Assembly: GCA_045600825.1 (NCBI GenBank)
Contig: JAZRYP010000012.1
Coordinates: 3,321-67,320, forward strand
From: Bacteroidaceae bacterium
GTDB taxonomy: Bacteria > Bacteroidota > Bacteroidia > Bacteroidales > Bacteroidaceae
Direction of reading: 5' to 3'
DNA length: 64,000 bases
Made by a program: the position numbers and the translations under genes. Shown here piece by piece: positions 8,391 to 18,303 of this stretch. The notes under the pieces were generated by a model. That model saw nothing but the letters and a program-made list of their open reading frames with translations. It ran no database searches and was not told where the DNA came from. Every line of letters begins with the position of its first letter. Within the stretch, counting starts at the first letter, position 1.

Positions 8391-9734
8391 TCAAATTACG
8401 AATCTGTGTTTGAGATTGCCCTGCAGGACTGATACATCCTCTGTACGTAACGTGACAAGAGGCCTGTCGCAGGACTTGGAGAGGTTGTGGTACTTGAAGC
8501 TGAACTCCGCACTGTGACCGCAGAGATACTCCAGCAGCAAAGTCTGGAACCGGTCACTGTCGGAATGTCTCTCCCCACGGGTATAGACAGTGAATTCAAA
8601 GGTGCTGATATCATTCTCCACTGCCTCGTGAACAGAAAACAGTCCACCATAGCCCTCAGCCTCAGGCAGAGACAGCAGCCACTGCTGTATATCACCGATC
8701 ATCAGGTTTGTTCCATAGAATATCACGGCATTGTCGGCCCGGCCGAATACATACATCCATTGCTCGGGCATAGCGTCCAGCAGGTCATCAGGCACGATGC
8801 CTCTCAAGGACTCCCTATCCATCAGTCCGCCACGATCCTTCGTGTCATAACGAACAAGCGGAATGAACTGATCCTTAGTCACGACAATGTGTCCGCCAAT
8901 AATCTCAATCAGGCATTTGTCATTCAGACACAGCATCATCGGCGTATCCTCCGTACCGAATATCTCCACACTCCTGTCGGGATGCGACGCGAACCATTTG
9001 CGGACTTTGATTGAAGCGACAGTCTCGTACGACACATCGCCGGTATCCGCACTTCCATAGCCTGTCCATAGCACGCTTGTGGAATCGGCAGGATGACCGT
9101 ATTCCACGCAGATATGCTCACGCAGAGATTCCGTGAAATATTCGCCAACGACCGGGAAAAATGTAGTGCCCGGTTTCAGTCGGATTCCGCTATCCTGTAT
9201 CAGTGCTGTTATAATGGGAATGTTCGATGGATTCGTAATGACAAGCAGTTGGTCATACCGCTCGTGATATGCCTTTATCACGCTCACCGCCTCACGGAGA
9301 TCCAGTCCGGGAGTGGCAATTGTGAAATGATAATTGCCCGACAGAGCGATATTGCGTATCGCCGCCGCTATCTGCATCCCACCTATCCACATTCCGAATG
9401 CCAGACATTCCAGACACAAGGTCTTCCTGCTGTCAATGTTATAATGGTCAATGAACATCATCTCAATGCTCTCCATATATGCCTTCTCGTCACACGGACG
9501 CTTGGGCCAGAACACGGCTCCGGACCTGGAGAAACCGCTGCTCGCACCTATCAGATGGATGCGGTCCATATCACCGGGACGGCAAAGCTGTTCCATAGGA
9601 TATGACAGCAGATAATCCTGCTTGCTGATTATCGGCAGATCCTCAAACTTATCAGGGAAAGCCTTCCCTACCTTATCCTTATAGGCTCCGACCTGTTGCC
9701 AGATTTCGTGAGCCATTGATTTTCCATCTATCAT
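8391..9734 (-). CDS. Second, divergent PaaK/F390-synthetase-like adenylate-forming enzyme
   Basis: DLPIISKQDYL, GASSGFSRSG and LVRYDTKDRG are present in the same order as in the neighbouring ligase. ATG lies 3 nt after the NRPS stop. Confidence 0.65.
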   Translation of the reverse strand: MIDGKSMAHEIWQQVGAYKDKVGKAFPDKFEDLPIISKQDYLLSYPMEQLCRPGDMDRIHLIGASSGFSRSGAVFWPKRPCDEKAYMESIEMMFIDHYNIDSRKTLCLECLAFGMWIGGMQIAAAIRNIALSGNYHFTIATPGLDLREAVSVIKAYHERYDQLLVITNPSNIPIITALIQDSGIRLKPGTTFFPVVGEYFTESLREHICVEYGHPADSTSVLWTGYGSADTGDVSYETVASIKVRKWFASHPDRSVEIFGTEDTPMMLCLNDKCLIEIIGGHIVVTKDQFIPLVRYDTKDRGGLMDRESLRGIVPDDLLDAMPEQWMYVFGRADNAVIFYGTNLMIGDIQQWLLSLPEAEGYGGLFSVHEAVENDISTFEFTVYTRGERHSDSDRFQTLLLEYLCGHSAEFSFKYHNLSKSCDRPLVTLRTEDVSVLQGNLKHRFVI

Positions 9735-9737
9735 ATT

Positions 9738-12700
9738 CTATCGGTTATAATCGTCATCAAAGAATTCAAGAGCCTGAATCTGTATCAGGAACTGTTCCAT
9801 ATAATCCCAGGTAGTTGTGTTCCACTGGAAGCCCAGATGATACAGCACCTCGGTCGTATAATCGGACGCATAGCTGTTGAATACAGCCGTCTTGCCGTCA
9901 CTCCGCGAGGTGTATGCCAGCATCGACTGCAGAATATCAGCATTCCTAGGATTCTTCAGAGCCTCCTGAAGTATCCGTTCAAATTCACTGCCGCCAACCG
10001 CCCTTATAGTGTGTCCCATCCTGTTCATACGATCCACCAGATCCAGATACAGAGCCCTGTGTGGATTGAACACATTGAAAATCACACAATCGGAATTCGT
10101 ACCTGCCAGCAGACATATAGCACGTGCGGTCTCATCAATCGGCGAAAACTCAGTCTTGGCCATAAGACCACTGTACGGAATGGCGCCAAGTGTCTGGTAA
10201 GCCTTCAATCGTCCCATAAACGAGTTGCTGTGGAAGTTTACCTGGAATTCGCCGTCGCTGCTTCGCGGAGCAAGGTTGCCCAGGCGCATAATCTTGGCTT
10301 TCAAGCCTTTCTCCGCAACAGCTTCAAGAATCGCCCTCTCGGCAAGGAACTTTGAACGGAGATATTTGTTGTCCAACACCTGTCCGAAATACAACTCATT
10401 CTCCAGCAGGATATGGGGCATCGGATGCGGGTTGTCGCTCAATGTCACGCCAGACACGCTTCCCGTAGAGGTGTGGATGAACGTAGCACCAGTCCTGAGA
10501 CAAAGGTCAATACAGTTCAGTGCGCCGCCGATGTTGATATCCTCAATATCCGTACCTGCCGAGAAATGCTTCACATTCGCGGCACAGTTTATTACAGTGT
10601 CAATGTGGATGTCCCCCAGTTCAATAGGCTTCGTGACATCGCCCTCAAATGCAAACAGGCGCTTTTCCACCTCTTCCTGATAAATATCGTTGAAATAGTA
10701 GAACAGCATAGTCTGAATTCTGGTCATTGCGCTCGCATTCTTCTGTCCGCGCACAAGACACCAGATGGCGGGAATATTCTTATCCTCTAACAGTTCCCGA
10801 AGCACGTGAATGCCCAGATATCCGGTAGCGCCCGTAAGCAGCACTGTACCGAGAGGACGCACTGACGTATCCTTGAAATACGTACTGCTGTTGTTCCTGC
10901 TGACAATACCGGCAAACCGACCGTAATCGTAGTTGGAAATCTCCGTATCATCTTCAGGAAGTTCGTTCGAAATCACCGCGCCACCATTGACAAAAGCTGC
11001 CATAGCCGCAGGTGTCGGATTGTCAAATATGTCCTTGTAGGCAAGCCTGTATCCGCCACGACTTATTGCCACAGACAGACGCATCGCGACAAGTGAAGTA
11101 CCGCCAATCTCGAAGAAATTGTCCTTTGCACCGACCTTTTCAAGTTTCAGCACCTGCGCAATCGCATCGCAGAAGAACTTCTCAAGACTATTCTTCGGTG
11201 CCACATACCCGCGCTCTGCCACTGTCGGCTCAGGAAGCTTTTTCATATCAATCTTACCGGAAGGCGAGACAGGCATTTCCTTCAGTTCCATCAGAATGTT
11301 CGGCACCATATATGGAGTAAGCCGCTCCGACATACCTTCCTTTATGGAATCCGGAGTACAAGGACCATCAGCTGTAAACCAGGCCACAAGCTTATCCTGC
11401 TGGCCTACTTTCCGTATCGCCACCACACACTGGTGAACACCGCTCTGCTCGCCCATCACGGTCTCTATTTCGCCAAGCTCTATGCGGAGACCGTTCAGTT
11501 TCACCTGACTGTCAGTACGGCCAAGTATCATCACCTGACCATTGTCTGTCCATTTGGCGTAATCGCCGGACTTGTAGGCACGTGTTCCGTTCCACCCGAT
11601 AAATGCAGCGGCGGTCTTGTCCGGCAGATTATAATAGCCGGGACATACTCCAACACCACTTATGAGCAGTTCACCCATCACACCTGCCGGAAGCTCATTA
11701 CCGTCAGAATCTATGATATATTCGGTGAAACCGGGCAACGGAGAGCCGACAGATACAGTATCGCAGCCGTTCAGTCTGGCGGCATTACAGCAGATAGTAA
11801 TCTCCGTAGGACCATACATATTGTAAATCTCCGCGTCCGTCATTGCCTGAAGACGCTTCATAAGAGAGGCAGGAAGCTTCTCACCGCCCATCTGTATCAC
11901 CTTGCAGTCCCTGATGACATCGCGGTACTCCTGCATTTCCATATAGGTGTCAATTCGCGACGGAGTACCACTCAGTACATCCGCGCCGGTCTTACGGTAC
12001 AGTTCGGCCAGAGCAAGGCTGTCGGTAGTGGTCTTCTCATCGGCAAACACAAGCATTTTACCGTTGAAAAGGGCTGTTCCGTATTCAAGGATTGACAGGT
12101 CGAAAGATACCGTAGCACTGCAAACCACGCCACTTGACCTGGTGGCAACAGCATACGTATGCGGATTCGCCGGATGCGGAGTCAGATAATTGACAATGCC
12201 GCGATGTTGCAGCATTACACCCTTAGGAGTGCCTGTAGAACCACTGGTGTAAATCAGGTACGCCAGGTCATCGGGTGTCACATCAATATTCAGAGGCTCC
12301 GTGGAGCAGGAGGCTGCAGCCTTACGCACATTTTCTATATCAAGAGCACGGTCTGCATAATCGCCCACTTTATCAGACGTAGTCAGCACAAAACGGCCTT
12401 CGGAATTCTCCAGTATGAAGGCTATTCTCTCGGCCGGATATTCCGGATCCATCGGTATATACGCCGCACCCGATTTCATAACGGCATAGACGGCAACAAG
12501 GAAATCGCTTGTACGCGGCAACAGGAGCACTACCCTGTCGCCCTTGGCAAGTCCCCTCTCAGCCAATGCGCGCGCCATACGGCAAGCCTCTCGGTCAAAC
12601 TCCCTGTAGGTCAAGGTACGGTCTGATGCCACGACCGCGACAGCATCGGGAGTTTCACGTGCCCAACGTGCGATGCCATCGTGAAATGTACCGACCGTCG

Positions 12701-15700
12701 ATACAGAATCTGCAACTTTATGAAATGGTTTCAGGACTTCCTTCTGACCATCACTGAGAATGCTCACGCTACGCATAGGTGCACTCCCGTTATCTGTCAT
12801 ATTGATTGCAGCCGTAACAATGCTGTCAGCAAGCGACTGCATCAGTCCACGGCTGTACAGCGAATCATCGTATTGGATGACAAGTGAAGGCTTACCGCCA
12901 TAAACCTCGATGAATACGCCAATCTTGAACTTAGGTTCTGTCAGTCCGAATGACCCGAACCCAACCTTTTCGCCGCCAATCTCTGCATCGGAGATAATAC
13001 CCAACTGATATGCGTATGTGATTGCCGCCGAATAGCCGTAATCTGCAGCTATTATGGAGAACGGATAGTTCTCGTGAGCCACCGTACCACGCAGGACTTC
13101 AGCCGCAGCGGCAATATACTCTTTCACACTACCCTTACCCTGGCGTATGCAGACAGGAAGCGTATTCACGAACATACCTACCGTCGATTCTATGTCGAGA
13201 TTCTGACGTCCGCTGCTGACCGTAGAGATATAGACATCCTGGGCATTTGCATAGCGTCCTATCGTGTAGGCCGCAGCCGCAAGCCAAAAGCCTGCCGCAG
13301 TCACACCTTCAGAGCGCCAGTCGAGCAGACGCTGCGGAAGTTCCATAGCCACCTCGGCCTGCCGTCCGGGACCTTCGGACGATATATCGGAAGCTATCTC
13401 GGTGACATTCTCATAATCACGCAACTGCCCGGCAAAGAACTCTTTATGTTCCTTGAAGCTGTCGCTGGCTGCAAATGACTTCTGATCCCGGCAGAAATTA
13501 AGATAGGTGTATCTCTCGTCACTTACAGAGCCCCCGCCCAGCAGAGTTACCAGTTCCCTGAAGATGATATCGTACGAGCCTCCGTCGCACACCAGATGAT
13601 GTATGTCGAGCAGAAGCACCGGTCCGCAAGCGTCAGACGCCATTATCTCACCTCTCCAGAGCGTATCATTCTCCAAATTGAAAGGACGGACAAAACGCTG
13701 TTTTTCTTCGTCGGCATTATCCGTCAGGACAACAGGTATCTCAGCCTTGCGGGTCTTGGGAACGACCTGCACTATCTCACCGTCCTCGTCCGCCTGGAAC
13801 TTGGCGAACAGTATCGGATGAGCCTCAAGGACACTCTCCGCAGCCTTTTTCAAAGCTTCCGCAGTCACTGACGCAGGGAAACGCACTTCCATAGGGATAT
13901 TATAGATTGTGCTATCAGGATGCGCCAGACAGTCGGCATATACTCCCTGCTGCGAGAATGACAGGCGTGAGATACCACTACTGATGGTTTCACCGGCATT
14001 TTCCGCATTGCCCGACGGTTCATTGCCCCTGTTCAGAAGAAACTCCAGAATGACATTCTCCACATCGGTTATGCTGATGCCTGACAAAAGTTCGGAGCTG
14101 CCTATCTTCACGCCGAATTCCTTGTAAATCTGAGCCGCAAGACGCATTGACAGTATTGACGACAGTCCGCAATATGCAAGCGGCACGCTCAGACCCACCT
14201 CGCTTCCTACGAGTCCTGCGGTCATTTCCTGCAATCTCTTCTCCAGCACATTCGGCTCACGGTTATCCTGCACCGTATCGGATGCCCCATCTGCCGGCGC
14301 GACAGGCTCCGGCAGTTTCTTCCGGTCAACCTTCTGATTCACATTCAGAGGAATGGCATCAATCTGCATAGTCACGGCCGGCACCATATAAGGCGGTTTC
14401 TGCGAGAGAATGAACTTATTTAACGCCGCAATATCAATATTTCCATCACTGACCACGTATGCGGCAATGAACTTGCCACCGCTCGCCAGGTCAAATGCCT
14501 GTACTGTCACATCCCTGATGCCGTCGAACTGGCGGATGACAGCCTCCACCTCCTTTAATTCTATTCTGAATCCACGTATCTTCACCTGTCCGTCGTTCCG
14601 GCCGACGAACTCGATGTTGCCATCGGCACGGTAGCGCACCACATCGCCGGAACGGTACGATTTTTCTCCATAAACGCCGAATACATCAGCAGTTTTCTCC
14701 GGAGAGTTAAGATACCCGCGCGACACCTGTTCACCCAAGATAATCAGTTCACCTGCCGCCCCCACCGGAAGATCCTTGCCGAAACGGTTCACGATTCTGC
14801 AATTAAGCGTATCAAGCGGCTTTCCTATGGGAATATTAGGCTCGGATTTCAGCACGGGATATATGGTAGAGAATACCGTACATTCCGTAGGCCCATATAC
14901 ATTGTAGAATTTATAGCCTGTCGGAGGATTGATTGATGCAAGTTTCTCGCCGCCGATTGACAGATGACGCAGCGTAGGATGCTCCGGAAAGAGTGTCGCA
15001 AACTGATAGCCCACCTGAGTTGTAATGAAGCTGTGCGTCACTCCGCAATCTATAAAATATGCGTTCAATGCGTCAAAATCCAGACGGATGTCCTCCGGCA
15101 CAATGGCGCAGGCGGCACCGGTAGTAAGAGGTGCATACATATCCATCATATCGGCATCAAAGCCGAATGATGCGTATGCGGCCACACAGTCACCTGGATT
15201 CAGGCTGTAATAACGCCTGTACCAATAGCAGAACGTTACCAGATTATGATGTCCTATGACCACGCCCTTAGGAATACCTGTGGAGCCGGAAGTATAGAGC
15301 AGTACCGCCGCATCAGACGGCTTCACCACGTGTCCGCCAAAGGATTTCATATCACCGGCTATACCGGCATCCGGGTCTGTCAGCATCACTTCTCCGTCAA
15401 AGCTGACCAGTTCCCTCAATTCAGAATCCACAATGAGAAGCGAGGCTCCGCTGTCCTTCACCATAAAGTCAAGCCTCTCCTTAGGATAACTCGGATCGAG
15501 CGGCTGATATGCCGCACCGGCCTTCATCGCCGCAAGAGTATATATAGGGAAGTTCTCGGATCTTCCCTGCATAATCGACACCACCGGTATGCCCAGTTCC
15601 CTGTTCTGCTGACCTTCGATTCTATCGGCAATTTCTGCAGCAAGACGGTCGCTGCGTTCATCCAGTTCACGGTATGTCAGGCGCCTGTCACGGAATATCA

Positions 15701-17075
15701 CGGCGGTATTGTCCGGCCAGGCCTTTGCGCAGGCACGCAGCAGTGAAACTACGGTATCGTTTTCGTCCGCCTTTTCCGGAGTCCTGCTGAATGCGGCTAT
15801 CTCATCGGTCTGCACTGCATCACACAACTCTATCTGCGAAACATTCTCCGATACCAGAAGTCCTGACAGCACATTGTCAAAAGTTCTCGCGAATTCACCG
15901 ATAATTCCGTCGGAATACTGCCTTGCCGAATACTGCATCATACACTTGAAACTTCCATCGGCATCCTGGAACACATTGACCAGTATCGCATAGCCCGGAC
16001 GGCAGGAACGTATGTCCTCAGTCTCCTGCAATCTGCCACCAAGATCTATGCGGTAATCGTACAGTTTGCCCTGAAAAGCGAAACATATCTGCGGTGTCAA
16101 TGACAGATCCGTACAGCAGTCGCCGAATGAATATAGCGCACGGCTTCTGGCACCGCGTATCTGCTCTGATGTCTGCTTCAGCAATTCCGCGATATTCCTG
16201 TCCTCCCTGAAATTCTGATAGACAGGGAAAGTCTTGACCATCATTCCCAATGTATGCGATGTCTCACTACCATTGCGTCCGTGATGTATGGTCGCAAACA
16301 ATGCCCCGGAATCACCGGTGAAATTGGACAATGTGTATCCGAATGCCACCGTGAACGGAATGCTTATGCCCACCCCATTCTCCTTGCTGAATGACGATAC
16401 CGCCTCGTATTGTACGTCCATCGGGAATGTCACCGACTTCCACTGCGTATCTTCCGGCACAGTCTCATCGGACACGTCCGGTATAGGCGCTGTGGCCGCA
16501 TCGGTAGCCGCACCGAACTCACCGGCATACCATTCCTTAGCATCAGCAAACTCCTGACTTCCGCGGGATTTCTCCTCCTGCACGGCCAGAATGAAACTGT
16601 CAGTCTGCTCCAGCTCCAGTTTCTCTCCGTTGTAGGCCTTGCCCAAGTCCTCCTTGAACACCGTAAATGACACTCCGTCAAACACAATATGGTGGAAACA
16701 CAGTCCGAAGATGTTACCCTCGGCAGTACGGCACAGACCGAAACGGAACAGTGGCTCTGAGAAGATGTCGAACCTGCGCTGCATCTCCGTCTTGAGCGTT
16801 TCCTTATCCTTGTATTCCCTGACGGCACTCCCGGCAGTCTGCGCCTTCACCGGTGGCACTATGCAAATCCCGCCATCGTCCGCATGCTCTATACTTGAAC
16901 ACACGTACGGATGATTGTTCAGCACCGCCGCCACCGCTTCCTTGAGTCTGTCAATATCCACATCAGCCCCAAGCCTGTACAGCAGGCATATATTGTAGTC
17001 ACTGTTACCCACAGCCTTAGACTCCGAGAAATAAATTCCCAGCTGCGTCTTCGTAATTGGAAATGACTTCTTCAT
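9738..17075 (-). CDS. Dimodular non-ribosomal peptide synthetase, C-A-T-C-A-T-R (terminal thioester reductase)
   Basis: 2445 aa. C domains: HHIVFDG and HHLVCDG. A domains: LLYTSGSTGIPKG and LIYTSGSTGTPKG, YGPTE twice, GRNDGQVKIRGFRIEL and GRTDSQVKLNGLRIEL. Carrier serines sit in CGLSS and EIGGTSL. The C-terminal part has Rossmann LLTGATGYLGIH plus YLRSK (YxxxK). Confidence 0.92.
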   Translation of the reverse strand: MKKSFPITKTQLGIYFSESKAVGNSDYNICLLYRLGADVDIDRLKEAVAAVLNNHPYVCSSIEHADDGGICIVPPVKAQTAGSAVREYKDKETLKTEMQRRFDIFSEPLFRFGLCRTAEGNIFGLCFHHIVFDGVSFTVFKEDLGKAYNGEKLELEQTDSFILAVQEEKSRGSQEFADAKEWYAGEFGAATDAATAPIPDVSDETVPEDTQWKSVTFPMDVQYEAVSSFSKENGVGISIPFTVAFGYTLSNFTGDSGALFATIHHGRNGSETSHTLGMMVKTFPVYQNFREDRNIAELLKQTSEQIRGARSRALYSFGDCCTDLSLTPQICFAFQGKLYDYRIDLGGRLQETEDIRSCRPGYAILVNVFQDADGSFKCMMQYSARQYSDGIIGEFARTFDNVLSGLLVSENVSQIELCDAVQTDEIAAFSRTPEKADENDTVVSLLRACAKAWPDNTAVIFRDRRLTYRELDERSDRLAAEIADRIEGQQNRELGIPVVSIMQGRSENFPIYTLAAMKAGAAYQPLDPSYPKERLDFMVKDSGASLLIVDSELRELVSFDGEVMLTDPDAGIAGDMKSFGGHVVKPSDAAVLLYTSGSTGIPKGVVIGHHNLVTFCYWYRRYYSLNPGDCVAAYASFGFDADMMDMYAPLTTGAACAIVPEDIRLDFDALNAYFIDCGVTHSFITTQVGYQFATLFPEHPTLRHLSIGGEKLASINPPTGYKFYNVYGPTECTVFSTIYPVLKSEPNIPIGKPLDTLNCRIVNRFGKDLPVGAAGELIILGEQVSRGYLNSPEKTADVFGVYGEKSYRSGDVVRYRADGNIEFVGRNDGQVKIRGFRIELKEVEAVIRQFDGIRDVTVQAFDLASGGKFIAAYVVSDGNIDIAALNKFILSQKPPYMVPAVTMQIDAIPLNVNQKVDRKKLPEPVAPADGASDTVQDNREPNVLEKRLQEMTAGLVGSEVGLSVPLAYCGLSSILSMRLAAQIYKEFGVKIGSSELLSGISITDVENVILEFLLNRGNEPSGNAENAGETISSGISRLSFSQQGVYADCLAHPDSTIYNIPMEVRFPASVTAEALKKAAESVLEAHPILFAKFQADEDGEIVQVVPKTRKAEIPVVLTDNADEEKQRFVRPFNLENDTLWRGEIMASDACGPVLLLDIHHLVCDGGSYDIIFRELVTLLGGGSVSDERYTYLNFCRDQKSFAASDSFKEHKEFFAGQLRDYENVTEIASDISSEGPGRQAEVAMELPQRLLDWRSEGVTAAGFWLAAAAYTIGRYANAQDVYISTVSSGRQNLDIESTVGMFVNTLPVCIRQGKGSVKEYIAAAAEVLRGTVAHENYPFSIIAADYGYSAAITYAYQLGIISDAEIGGEKVGFGSFGLTEPKFKIGVFIEVYGGKPSLVIQYDDSLYSRGLMQSLADSIVTAAINMTDNGSAPMRSVSILSDGQKEVLKPFHKVADSVSTVGTFHDGIARWARETPDAVAVVASDRTLTYREFDREACRMARALAERGLAKGDRVVLLLPRTSDFLVAVYAVMKSGAAYIPMDPEYPAERIAFILENSEGRFVLTTSDKVGDYADRALDIENVRKAAASCSTEPLNIDVTPDDLAYLIYTSGSTGTPKGVMLQHRGIVNYLTPHPANPHTYAVATRSSGVVCSATVSFDLSILEYGTALFNGKMLVFADEKTTTDSLALAELYRKTGADVLSGTPSRIDTYMEMQEYRDVIRDCKVIQMGGEKLPASLMKRLQAMTDAEIYNMYGPTEITICCNAARLNGCDTVSVGSPLPGFTEYIIDSDGNELPAGVMGELLISGVGVCPGYYNLPDKTAAAFIGWNGTRAYKSGDYAKWTDNGQVMILGRTDSQVKLNGLRIELGEIETVMGEQSGVHQCVVAIRKVGQQDKLVAWFTADGPCTPDSIKEGMSERLTPYMVPNILMELKEMPVSPSGKIDMKKLPEPTVAERGYVAPKNSLEKFFCDAIAQVLKLEKVGAKDNFFEIGGTSLVAMRLSVAISRGGYRLAYKDIFDNPTPAAMAAFVNGGAVISNELPEDDTEISNYDYGRFAGIVSRNNSSTYFKDTSVRPLGTVLLTGATGYLGIHVLRELLEDKNIPAIWCLVRGQKNASAMTRIQTMLFYYFNDIYQEEVEKRLFAFEGDVTKPIELGDIHIDTVINCAANVKHFSAGTDIEDINIGGALNCIDLCLRTGATFIHTSTGSVSGVTLSDNPHPMPHILLENELYFGQVLDNKYLRSKFLAERAILEAVAEKGLKAKIMRLGNLAPRSSDGEFQVNFHSNSFMGRLKAYQTLGAIPYSGLMAKTEFSPIDETARAICLLAGTNSDCVIFNVFNPHRALYLDLVDRMNRMGHTIRAVGGSEFERILQEALKNPRNADILQSMLAYTSRSDGKTAVFNSYASDYTTEVLYHLGFQWNTTTWDYMEQFLIQIQALEFFDDDYNR

Positions 17076-17137
17076 ATTTCTGTTTTTATGCGAATATACA
17101 ACTAATTTCCGGACAATGGATTTATCTGTTTTTGATA

Positions 17138-17145
17138 TATCTTTG
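17138..17145 (+). promoter_or_regulatory. Candidate Bacteroidetes -7 box (TATCTTTG) upstream of the esterase gene
   Basis: Matches TAnnTTTG, 36 nt upstream of the ATG at 17182. No well-spaced -33 TTTG was found. Confidence 0.3.
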
Positions 17146-17160
17146 GGGACGGATTAATAA

Positions 17161-18294
<1,134 letters not shown>

Positions 18295-18303
18295 TCTGCA
18301 CTG

